From a virus (Duplodnaviria > Caudoviricetes): 64,000 nt of DNA. The stretch spans positions 6,869-70,868 of the IMG/VR virus record IMGVR_UViG_3300008114_000046, one strand, 5' to 3'. Both the position numbers and the translations under genes were made by a program. The notes beneath the pieces are model-generated. The model saw only the letters and a list, made by a program, of their open reading frames with translations, was not told the DNA's origin and did not search any database. Below are positions 54,601 through 62,968 of this stretch, in pieces. How positions within the stretch are numbered: the stretch's first letter is position 1; every line of letters starts with the position of its first letter.

Positions 54601-55584
54601 ATTACCTTCATCAATTTCTACTTCTTCTGCCATGCTCTTATGAACTGACCATTTGCCTTTTCGAGTATCGCTACCGTATTCAGCAAACTTCTTTGCACGA
54701 TCTTCAGAATCAAAATGCTTTGATACACGCTTGCCATTTAGTTGAACATGCCACATGTTTGCTTCTTCAAGTGTATCAACATTCAGCGCATCGATAAAGT
54801 CTTGCTCTTCCTTGGTCAGCTTGCTCACAGCAAGTTTAATACCTTTTTCGCGCTTGCCCATGTCCTTGAAGTTCTTGCTTGACTTTTCGTCTGCAGCAAT
54901 CTTGAGACCGGCTGTAACACCTTGACTACCCATTTTTGTGGCAGCCTTGTTGATGTAACGACCCATTGTTCCCTTTGAAAGCTCATCGATCTGCTCGGCA
55001 TCTTCCTTCGTCAGTTTGTTGACTGCAGTCTCAATACCCTTGTGACGCTTTGTCAATTTCTTTTCAAGCGGTTTAGAAGAACTGCCATGGGCTTCTTTAT
55101 GACCTTGTCTATACGAAGCCATGTCAATCGAGTCTTTTGCTTTATTGATATAACGGCCAAGTGTAGCTTTCGAAACTTCGTCAACCTGCTCAGCTTCTTC
55201 CTTGACTGGCTTCTTTTCTTTTGCCATCATATCACGAACCTTTTGAGCAGTCTTTTTATTTGCTTCAGTTGGTTCGTCAGCGGTTGGCATTACACCTTCA
55301 CTTGCGGCTTTAAAGTCAGCATTTGTAGGAGCACCTTCAGATCCAGGCTTGCGCATACGCTCACCAGATCCTGCTTTGATTCTTTTACGCTTGGCATGGA
55401 TGTTATCCCATAGGCCACGCTTGCCTTCCTTCATTTCTTCCTTGTCATCTTCTTCTTCATCATCTTCTTTTTCACACTTTTCGCATTCACAATCTTTTGG
55501 GCATTTCTTGGCCTCGCCTAGAATACCTTTTACGGTATTCAGAAGGTCGGCAGAAAATTGATCTTCGAGTTTCTTTGTAAACAT
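54577..55584 (-). CDS. Probable virion-internal repeat polyprotein
   Basis: Two ~65-aa repeats (DE(V/L)SKxTxGRYINKA...KRxKGIxxAVxKLTKE); many (I/L/V)xE sites. Confidence 0.65.
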   Translation of the reverse strand: MFTKKLEDQFSADLLNTVKGILGEAKKCPKDCECEKCEKEDDEEEDDKEEMKEGKRGLWDNIHAKRKRIKAGSGERMRKPGSEGAPTNADFKAASEGVMPTADEPTEANKKTAQKVRDMMAKEKKPVKEEAEQVDEVSKATLGRYINKAKDSIDMASYRQGHKEAHGSSSKPLEKKLTKRHKGIETAVNKLTKEDAEQIDELSKGTMGRYINKAATKMGSQGVTAGLKIAADEKSSKNFKDMGKREKGIKLAVSKLTKEEQDFIDALNVDTLEEANMWHVQLNGKRVSKHFDSEDRAKKFAEYGSDTRKGKWSVHKSMAEEVEIDEGNTILLKKK

Positions 55585-55596
55585 TTAATTAGTCCT

Positions 55597-56187
55597 TTAG
55601 TCTGCATCTATAATTTTAATTTTGCGTTCTGCCGCACGAGACCTTTTGATAAGGTATCTTTTTAGGTTATCTATATCTTTATCACCTTGGGGTCCTGCAA
55701 TCGGATCAGGAGCATTTCCTTTTGGTGGGTTATAAAATCTTTTATCATCGGCCGGATGGTAATCAGCGTTTGGATCAATTTCATTATCATGTTCACCGGA
55801 TTGAGTATGAAGTGAATCCATTGCAGCTTTTACAATAGCTTCATGTTCTTTTTCAAGCTTCATTCCAACGGCGTGTCTCATTACAATATCACCATGCATA
55901 GTAGCACGAGCAATATGTGCTAATGTTGCTTTACCAGTATGATGAACATCCTTGACAATATCAAATAATTTATCTAAATTCTCAGCCGCTGTCTGAGCAT
56001 CAGAAGCATTCGTATCTTTTGGAAGATCCGCATAAAGCTTCTGTGCTTCAGGTGAAACCTCAAATGCCTTGGTGGTATATGAACCAACTGAAATCTGATC
56101 GTTCTGATCAGACTCAACAGCACCCAAAGCAATGTGATTACCTTCGTATATATCTCGAATTTTAGATTCTAAAGATCTATAACTCAT
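55597..56187 (-). CDS. Hypothetical protein (start revised to MSYRSLE)
   Basis: ATGA-coupled to dps; ends RKIKIIDAD. Confidence 0.65.
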   Translation of the reverse strand: MSYRSLESKIRDIYEGNHIALGAVESDQNDQISVGSYTTKAFEVSPEAQKLYADLPKDTNASDAQTAAENLDKLFDIVKDVHHTGKATLAHIARATMHGDIVMRHAVGMKLEKEHEAIVKAAMDSLHTQSGEHDNEIDPNADYHPADDKRFYNPPKGNAPDPIAGPQGDKDIDNLKRYLIKRSRAAERKIKIIDAD

Positions 56188-56618
56188 TTCGTTGAAGCCC
56201 TTAGCATCCAAGCATGTTTATTGTGTTGGTCAAGTCTTTCTTCAATGAAATTTACCAAACCGTTCTGACCATACTTATCAGCTTCGTCTCTTGCACGTTG
56301 AAGAGAAGCAAGAACAATAGCATTATCTGCAAACAGTGTTGCAACCATTGTCTCTGGTTTGATAATCAAAACTTCATCTCTAATGTTTGTCAGTTCACTA
56401 AATCTACTAAATGCGCCTGGAGCATAAGCGTTCTGAGCACGAATTTCTTCGGCGAACTGGTCAATAGCTCCACCTACCTCTTCGTAGATCTTACCAAAGA
56501 AGTCATGATACATTGCAAACATAGGACCTTCTACATTCCAGTGATAGTTTTGAGCTTTCACATAGAATGCATAAGTATCTGCAAATGCGATTTTAAGAGG
56601 GTTAATCACTTCTTCCAT
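56184..56618 (-). CDS. dps: Dps-family ferritin-like protein
   Basis: KAQNYHWNVEGPMFAMYHDFFGKIYEE...DQFAEEIRA...HNKHAWMLR. Confidence 0.9.
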   Translation of the reverse strand: MEEVINPLKIAFADTYAFYVKAQNYHWNVEGPMFAMYHDFFGKIYEEVGGAIDQFAEEIRAQNAYAPGAFSRFSELTNIRDEVLIIKPETMVATLFADNAIVLASLQRARDEADKYGQNGLVNFIEERLDQHNKHAWMLRASTK

Positions 56619-56917
56619 TATGTTCTACATCTCCATCTACGAAGTGACATTGCCTTACGTGTAGGACGCCCCTTCTCATCTTTCATTGGTCCTGGCATGC
56701 CACCCATACGAGCACAGAAAGACTTACGTCTCTTGGCATCTTTCGATCCAGGCTTGGCTTTACCAGTTACAGCTGTTTGAATCTTCGATCCAGGATTATC
56801 TCTGCGAACAGCTTCAATCCCTTTTTGAGTCATACCTGCGCCAGACTCTGTGGATCTATAGTGACCCTTAGAATCTTCGCCACGAGCTTCTGAAATGAAA
56901 TTCTTAAACCGTATCAT
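56618..56917 (-). CDS. Small basic phage protein with capsid-targeting-like N-terminus
   Basis: MIRFKNFISE-ARG; GMTQKG...NPGSK...RRKSFCARM...SLRRWRC. Confidence 0.7.
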   Translation of the reverse strand: MIRFKNFISEARGEDSKGHYRSTESGAGMTQKGIEAVRRDNPGSKIQTAVTGKAKPGSKDAKRRKSFCARMGGMPGPMKDEKGRPTRKAMSLRRWRCRT

Positions 56918-57520
56918 CTGGCTTCCCATCTGTTAAGTTACCGGTTCCAATAATCTTTCTATTTCTTTTTTGCTTACGTACAATTGTTTTACCATCGCTG
57001 GTTCTAACAACTACACCTTCAACATCAGCAGAACGAACTTCTTCCATTGCATCAACTACATCTGGATGAAGTTCAAATGCTGGCTTCATTTTAATGCCGC
57101 ATTCTTCTGCAGAAAGAGTTACACCAATACCTGCAGTCCAAGCCATATTGAATGTTTCATTGAGGCTAGAATTATCTTGGCCTGGAGTATCTTTCTTGTA
57201 CTTCTTTGTCAGAGAGTCTGTACCAATTTCTCTCTTGTCAGCTGTATCTTCAGAAATACCAGCATGCTTATGTGCTGAAGCCTTAAAGTCCATGCCAAAG
57301 TACTTGACCTTGCCATGCTTGTTTGAAGCTTTCCAGCCACGCTGTGTTGTGCTTCCTTTTTCAACAAATGGCTTTACATAAGGTGTATTACCAGATTCGT
57401 CAATGATCTTTTTTTGAACTTCTTGTTGACGTCTTTTTGTTTTGAGAGTAATAGGACGACGATCTACAATTTCTTGACCGCACATATCATTCTTTTCTAG
57501 AAGTGATTTGAAAGTACATA
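56904..57520 (-). CDS. C-terminal part of a probable virion-internal protein (out of frame with the 58297 ORF; 5' limit approximate)
   Basis: The frame is open upstream of MCGQ (..TFKSLLEKND..); EIGTDSLTKKYKKDTPGQ block. Confidence 0.55.
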
Positions 57521-58297
57521 TAGCGAAAGACCGCGCTCGAATACTTCTTTCAAAGTCGAGAACGGAACACCAGTTTTTTCAGCTTTTTTAATAAGAGTCT
57601 CTGTAATTGGATCTGTACCAACCGTAGAGTTTAGCATTCTACGTAGAGTAATGCTAACTGGATTACCTTCTTTTTCAAACTTGGTAATCGCATTCTCAAT
57701 GATGTCAACAAGTTCAAGTGTTGACTTGGCATTCAGATCATTAAACAAACCAGAAAATTCTTCACTTGCAGTAACCGTATGAAGACTCTTCATTGGTTCA
57801 CCAGAGTGGAATGACTTGAGTCTTTCGAATTCGGCTTTTCTCAGCTTTGGTAGAAGACGTGCAGCGATTCTCTTAATCAGCTTTGTCTTCTTGGCAACGG
57901 CCGTATCTACCTGAATCTTTTCAGATGTTGTCAGCTCTGCGTAAGGAATATCCTTGCGAGCAGAAATTCTTGATTTGAGGAACGCACGTGCTTTGGCTTC
58001 AGCACGTCTTTGTAGCTTTTCTGGTCCAGCAAGACGAGCTTGTGAGATCTCTTTGGCTCTCTGAATCTTTGGCTGAATGCGCTTGAGTTGGCGACCTCTT
58101 TGTTGACGTTGTGCTAACGTCAATGCCTTACGCTCTTGTAAGGTTGCGGTTAGGACGGCAAAGTCCTCGTTTGTACGGCGCTTGTCATCTAGCTGAGGAT
58201 TGATTTCAATGCCGTCTAGTGGTTTACCAGTTGCAGACTTGCCCGTAGGCTTCTTGATATTCTTTTCTGGTACCGGTTTATTCTTCTTATCTTCCAT
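57497..58297 (-). CDS. Basic probable virion-internal protein, N-terminal part
   Basis: Late promoter upstream; LQERKALTLAQRQQRG..., LIKKAEKTGVPFSTLKEVFERG. Confidence 0.65.
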   Translation of the reverse strand: MEDKKNKPVPEKNIKKPTGKSATGKPLDGIEINPQLDDKRRTNEDFAVLTATLQERKALTLAQRQQRGRQLKRIQPKIQRAKEISQARLAGPEKLQRRAEAKARAFLKSRISARKDIPYAELTTSEKIQVDTAVAKKTKLIKRIAARLLPKLRKAEFERLKSFHSGEPMKSLHTVTASEEFSGLFNDLNAKSTLELVDIIENAITKFEKEGNPVSITLRRMLNSTVGTDPITETLIKKAEKTGVPFSTLKEVFERGLSLYVLSNHF

Positions 58298-58357
58298 CAG
58301 AGTTTCCCTTGGGCTTATCTGTAAACAAACGGGATTGCCGTAGCCTAACCGCCATGT

Positions 58358-58365
58358 TATTTATA
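58358..58365 (-). promoter_or_regulatory. T4-type late promoter
   Basis: TATAAATA on the - strand, intergenic. Confidence 0.8.
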
Positions 58366-58377
58366 AGAAAGAAACTC

Positions 58378-59721
58378 TTATCTAGAAATTTCTTCCCAGT
58401 CCATTGAAGCATATATGTCTGCGCCATTGGAGTTTGATGCAGCCACCAACGATAGTTCAAAAGGCTCGCCTGTAAGACCATTTCTTTCTAATTGAAACTT
58501 GAAGAGAGCTTCTTTTAGAATATCAACAGATGTTGATCCCTGGTTTGAACCTGAAGTATAACCAGATGCCAGAATTCTACCGCCATCATAAGTGCCACCA
58601 TCAATCTTGTATTCAACCGCACTGTTTGTGCCAGCATCAACCCATGTTCCACCATTTGATGTGCCACTCGCTCTTACTTGCCAGTTATAATGAGCATTGT
58701 TTGTAATACCAAGAACTGAAAGAGCCGTAAGAATTACAATAGCATCTAATCGATTCGGAGATGCTTTTAACCGAATCGAAAGAACAGTGTAATAAGTTCC
58801 AGCCGTCGGTAGATCTACAGGCGCAGTAATAGGAACTGTTGCAGCTTGTTGTAATCCACGTAGTTCATATCCACCTTCTGAAACAACAGATGTGCAAACT
58901 TGTCCCATTGTAGATGAACTGGCAGTAGTTCCTGTATTCTTCATCTCATAGCGAAGTGGCAACGATGCAGTTGTAATATACGTAGATGCAATTAAGTTAG
59001 CATGATGGAATGAATGACAATGAACCAACTTACCATCAATTACAAACCCACAACGAACTGTACCAAGACCAAGCCATTCGATATCCATCCAAAAGATCTG
59101 AGCTTTCGTCAGATCAAGTTCAATGTTTGATGGGCATGGACCAAGTCCCTGTCCTGGTATGTTAACAGCCGAACCTTGAAGTGTATCGTTATTCCAATTA
59201 GCCTGTGCAACTCGAGTTTCTACTAATTCACCGGTAACATAAGAACGCTCTACAAGATATGCTGTCGTGCCGTCAATCTCAAAATAAATTCCGTTCTCTG
59301 CACCAAAATAACCTACACGTTGACGTAGATTTGCTTTTGGTGTAGCAGGAACAAATGTATTGAGAACAAACAGTGATTTACCTGGTTGATAAGAACATGT
59401 CTTAGTAGACTCGCGAATAATTTCTGCGTCTGCAGTCGTTGGCAATGTAAGATTTATGAGACCTTGATTAGTACTATGGGCAACCGTCGTACCAGCCGTA
59501 TTTGATGTGGACCAAAGTCCGTTGTCTCTATAACGGTGGGATGAATCAAAAAGAGTCAATGGAGTTGACGTACGCATGCGTCCAAACGCATCAACTGCTA
59601 CACCTGAAGGATTTGCCGGTCCTACTAGATTTCCATAAGGATCCGCTAACATAACAGCTTCGAAGAGTGTTACGTTATGTGGTTGTTTCCATTCGTGTGA
59701 GTCAATACGCCATTGAGCCAT
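58378..59721 (-). CDS. Beta-rich conserved phage protein (probably structural)
   Basis: DAFGRMRTSTPLTLFDS, YQPGKS, QRVGYF, DIEWLGLGTVRCGF motifs. Confidence 0.65.
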   Translation of the reverse strand: MAQWRIDSHEWKQPHNVTLFEAVMLADPYGNLVGPANPSGVAVDAFGRMRTSTPLTLFDSSHRYRDNGLWSTSNTAGTTVAHSTNQGLINLTLPTTADAEIIRESTKTCSYQPGKSLFVLNTFVPATPKANLRQRVGYFGAENGIYFEIDGTTAYLVERSYVTGELVETRVAQANWNNDTLQGSAVNIPGQGLGPCPSNIELDLTKAQIFWMDIEWLGLGTVRCGFVIDGKLVHCHSFHHANLIASTYITTASLPLRYEMKNTGTTASSSTMGQVCTSVVSEGGYELRGLQQAATVPITAPVDLPTAGTYYTVLSIRLKASPNRLDAIVILTALSVLGITNNAHYNWQVRASGTSNGGTWVDAGTNSAVEYKIDGGTYDGGRILASGYTSGSNQGSTSVDILKEALFKFQLERNGLTGEPFELSLVAASNSNGADIYASMDWEEISR

Positions 59722-60332
59722 TAATTAATCCAGTTCTTAAATCTTGCAATAAATGATTCGTGGATACCCATGCCCTTACGAACATCATGATACAATTCAT
59801 CTTTATGCGCTTTGCTCATGCCAGATGGAGCCATTTTGTGGAATGATTCTTTATCACCAGCAGTGGCATGTTTACGCATTGAAGTACCAGAAGCGGATTC
59901 AACTCCGCCTCCACCTTCTTTGCGTTCACCACCTACTGACTTGACCTTGATGCTCTTAAAGTTGTAGTGTCCATGTCTCCCTTCAGTTCCATTGTACTTG
60001 TGTAACAAGTTATGAAACTCATGGACACGATCTGAGCCAACATGCATAGTTACATGTGAGTAACCAGCCTTGTGTAGCTTAGACATCTGATGAAGAAGTG
60101 TAGGATGGTCCTTTGTCATAGCCTCGACATGAGAACCTTTGACAGCACGAGAAAGATGCTTGACCTTCTGTTCAGGTGTCAGAGGATTCTTCTTGGCATC
60201 ATGAGATCCTGTTGTCAGAATCTTATGATCCGCACCTTCCTTTTGAGCAGCACCCATTACATGTCTAACGACCATCTCGTGGCCAGCATGCACTGGGTTG
60301 AATCTTCCTTGAGTGATATGAATCGACTTCAT
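59721..60332 (-). CDS. HxGH nucleotidyltransferase (cytidylyltransferase-like)
   Basis: GRFNPVHAGH, KNPL, VGSDR, SGTSMRK. Confidence 0.85.
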   Translation of the reverse strand: MKSIHITQGRFNPVHAGHEMVVRHVMGAAQKEGADHKILTTGSHDAKKNPLTPEQKVKHLSRAVKGSHVEAMTKDHPTLLHQMSKLHKAGYSHVTMHVGSDRVHEFHNLLHKYNGTEGRHGHYNFKSIKVKSVGGERKEGGGGVESASGTSMRKHATAGDKESFHKMAPSGMSKAHKDELYHDVRKGMGIHESFIARFKNWIN

Positions 60333-61498
60333 AGTGCTTTGTCCCTATTAAAGTTAGCAGCTGAGAACTCAGCACGATCTACGATCTTAGTAGGACGATT
60401 ATGTCTTACTACAACAAATCCTTCAGGCTTAGATTTCTTACCACTAATACTATGGCCAAACTCAGCGTGGCTCGAGAGTGTGTTAGCCAATACATCCTTG
60501 GCTTTTTGCAGATGGCTATGCATCTGAAGAACACGCTCAAAATGACCACGATTACGTTGAATGTGAGCTACATCACTTTCCATAGCAGCCGTTTTCATAG
60601 CTTTAGCTTTATCTGTCTTAACAGAATCAACTTTTTTCTGATGAGACTTAGCAAGGTGAGCCATAAACTCGTTCACATTTGGCTTAGTGCCAGTACGAAC
60701 TGTATGGTTGATATAAGTCTTCAAAGGAATACGGTGGCTCTCAATGGCTGTATGAGTCTCCGGACCAGTCTTAGCGTGAAGCTTAGCAGCGGCTGCCATA
60801 TGCTTTACAAACTTAGTTTGATGATGTGGCTTGTAATCAATGCCAGACATGTCATGCTCAGTTGAAATCAGGTGAACATCTTTATGAAGACCAAACTCAT
60901 CGAGATTCGGAGCATACTCAGCTTTCATATCCTCTAGGTTCTTACCATTGTACTTGGTATGAACAGCCACGCCAATTCTAGATCTCGAAGCAGCTTTGCC
61001 ATGAGATGAATTCTTGTCAGCAGAATACGTAATGGTATTCGGAGTAAAGTGAATCTTGTTACCAGACTCGTGCACATCATTTGGTGTGTGCATGATATCA
61101 CCTTGGAAGACACCCTTCTTTGGAGTTACCTTCGGAAAGTGATCAAGAGCTGCTTTGAGCTTTTCAACAAGACCAGGAGCATGACCATGATTACGCTGAA
61201 TATCTTCGTGCGTATAGTTGATCTTTGGATTCTTATTGAATGCAGACTTGGAAGCCACAAAGAACTTACCAGTTTCTGGATGGCGACCAAACACAACAGA
61301 AGGTGAACCATCATACTTCATGGTTACCTTAGTGGCATTATCTTTACCAGTTAGTCTGTCATGCACATCTTTGAGATTGTGATAGGCATGCGAGAAACCC
61401 TCGCCACCAGCATTAATCACATGATCTTCTGCGTGTTCGAGGTGCTTCAGCTTTTCTTCGCTGGCTTCTTCTGTGAGGAAATTTTTAAATGCTGTCAT
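60329..61498 (-). CDS. Ligase-fold nucleotidyltransferase-like protein (DUF6267-type as recalled)
   Basis: HLEHAED; KYDGSP (KxDG), FQGDIM, PEGFVV, TKIV; N-terminus MTAFKNFLTEE. Confidence 0.65.
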   Translation of the reverse strand: MTAFKNFLTEEASEEKLKHLEHAEDHVINAGGEGFSHAYHNLKDVHDRLTGKDNATKVTMKYDGSPSVVFGRHPETGKFFVASKSAFNKNPKINYTHEDIQRNHGHAPGLVEKLKAALDHFPKVTPKKGVFQGDIMHTPNDVHESGNKIHFTPNTITYSADKNSSHGKAASRSRIGVAVHTKYNGKNLEDMKAEYAPNLDEFGLHKDVHLISTEHDMSGIDYKPHHQTKFVKHMAAAAKLHAKTGPETHTAIESHRIPLKTYINHTVRTGTKPNVNEFMAHLAKSHQKKVDSVKTDKAKAMKTAAMESDVAHIQRNRGHFERVLQMHSHLQKAKDVLANTLSSHAEFGHSISGKKSKPEGFVVVRHNRPTKIVDRAEFSAANFNRDKAL

Positions 61499-62100
61499 TT
61501 GATTGTCTTTATCGATCCATCTGGTTTCACGAAATAAGCTTCGAACTTAACATTAGGGTATTCCTTTTGGAGTTCAAGGAATGCCTTCAGGTTACTCATC
61601 GCATCGTCGTATAAACGAGTTTTAGTGTAGTTTTGAGTATTTAGGTATTTGCGAAACACAACTTTCTTTGCTTCAGCAGGTGAATCCATTCCTAGATTAC
61701 CTGAACGCTCAACGTGCATTGAGTCGATTGGAAGACCATGATCGCGGAAAGTCTGAAGGAACATTTCCTTATCGTCAAAGTCAGCTCGAGCAGTTACAAT
61801 AATTGCTCGGCTATGAACGTTCTTTTTGGCTTTGACAATAGCCTTTGCCTTTTCGATCATTCTTACAATTGGTGTAGAGGTCTTACGAAACACTTCAGCA
61901 GATGCAAACTCTCTGAAGTCGTATTCTTCACCAGCCTTACGTTTGTAGGTATTGAATTCCTGGTTGTCCAACATCCGAACAACCTTGCCATCCTTTACTA
62001 CAGCAACTTTGGCTTTGGTATGAAAGAGCGTCTCATCGATATCAAAGATCGTGAGAGTTCCGGAACCTACAAAATTTCTAAATCTGTTTATCTTTTTCAT
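61495..62100 (-). CDS. HAD-family phosphatase
   Basis: IFDIDETLF (DxDxT), IVTAR, K, LYDDAMSNL. Confidence 0.8.
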   Translation of the reverse strand: MKKINRFRNFVGSGTLTIFDIDETLFHTKAKVAVVKDGKVVRMLDNQEFNTYKRKAGEEYDFREFASAEVFRKTSTPIVRMIEKAKAIVKAKKNVHSRAIIVTARADFDDKEMFLQTFRDHGLPIDSMHVERSGNLGMDSPAEAKKVVFRKYLNTQNYTKTRLYDDAMSNLKAFLELQKEYPNVKFEAYFVKPDGSIKTIK

Positions 62101-62106
62101 ATTATC

Positions 62107-62135
62107 TTTATATCTTGTTTTGAAAAAAATGTCAA
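62107..62135 (-). promoter_or_regulatory. sigma70-like promoter
   Basis: TTGACA-17-TATAAA. Confidence 0.72.
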
Positions 62136-62141
62136 CTTATT

Positions 62142-62876
62142 TTAGCGTAAAAATGGATTTTTTTTCGCAGTTCCTGGCTTGACCGAATATTTGCTATCAG
62201 GCATTTTGGTGATTTTAATCTCGGCCTGAACTTCATAAAATTGCGAGCGAGTCGATACACGAACTTTAAAGTCACCTTCTCCAGATAAAACTGGAATGGC
62301 GGTGTTAAGCCCAAGCGGATTACCTTTACCAATCATGTAAAAGTCGTCTCCAGCTTGCATATAGTATGCTGGTTCTCTCTTGCCTTCTAAATAGTGGCGA
62401 GTTACAAGTGCACCTAGATTCATACCAGGTTCATTAGCAATATAACGATTAACATTTGACTGAGAGAAATAAGATTTCATAACGTGTAATGGAACAGCAC
62501 CCGGTTCATTTAGTCCACCTTTGCTGGTAGGAATCTTAATCACTTTCTCAGGAATGCCAGAGTATTTAGAAATGTCTTTAATGAACTGCTTTGCTTTAGC
62601 TGATGAGTTCAAAATCTTAACTGCTTCGGCTGCAGCTGGAGTTTTATATGTTGTTTGCCACTTACCATCACTATAAAATACACGAGGATTAGATAGATTG
62701 TCGGTGTGCGACATCTTGACTTCTACCCAAACTTTATCAATACGTCTATTATTATAGGAAGTGATTTTAACATCAGATAAGTCAGTAGCACCAGGAGGAC
62801 GCGTAGCTGTAACACCAGGAATACTATTGATGTTGTCGGCTACGTCTTTTTCGTACTTGTCAGATGCTGCACTCAT
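62142..62876 (-). CDS. Hypothetical protein, possible PD-(D/E)XK nuclease fold
   Basis: KYE...SDVKI...WVEVKM spacing; RBS GAGGAG; GATAAATA late-like box upstream. Confidence 0.5.
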   Translation of the reverse strand: MSAASDKYEKDVADNINSIPGVTATRPPGATDLSDVKITSYNNRRIDKVWVEVKMSHTDNLSNPRVFYSDGKWQTTYKTPAAAEAVKILNSSAKAKQFIKDISKYSGIPEKVIKIPTSKGGLNEPGAVPLHVMKSYFSQSNVNRYIANEPGMNLGALVTRHYLEGKREPAYYMQAGDDFYMIGKGNPLGLNTAIPVLSGEGDFKVRVSTRSQFYEVQAEIKITKMPDSKYSVKPGTAKKNPFLR

Positions 62877-62904
62877 AAAAAACTCCTCAGTCTATTTATC
62901 ATAT

Positions 62905-62947
62905 AAAAAAAGGCCAGCCCTTGTGCAACGCAACAGAGGGGCTGGCC
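62905..62947 (-). terminator. Intrinsic terminator
   Basis: - strand GGCCAGCCC-loop-GGGCTGGCC-TTTTTTT. Confidence 0.82.
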
Positions 62948-62968
62948 ATATTAATCTTATTTATACTA

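Noticed and set aside
54577-57535. Stop-codon reassignment or gene-60-like bypassing as the cause of the broken ORFs
   Set aside because: The downstream parts are in different frames, TAA, TGA and TAG all terminate normal genes here, and coding sequence appears missing rather than inserted
58298-58353. Resemblance to a pistol ribozyme (GGUUAGG...UAAGCCC)
   Set aside because: The P1 geometry and the downstream cleavage-site helix are not present, and the element ends at a start codon
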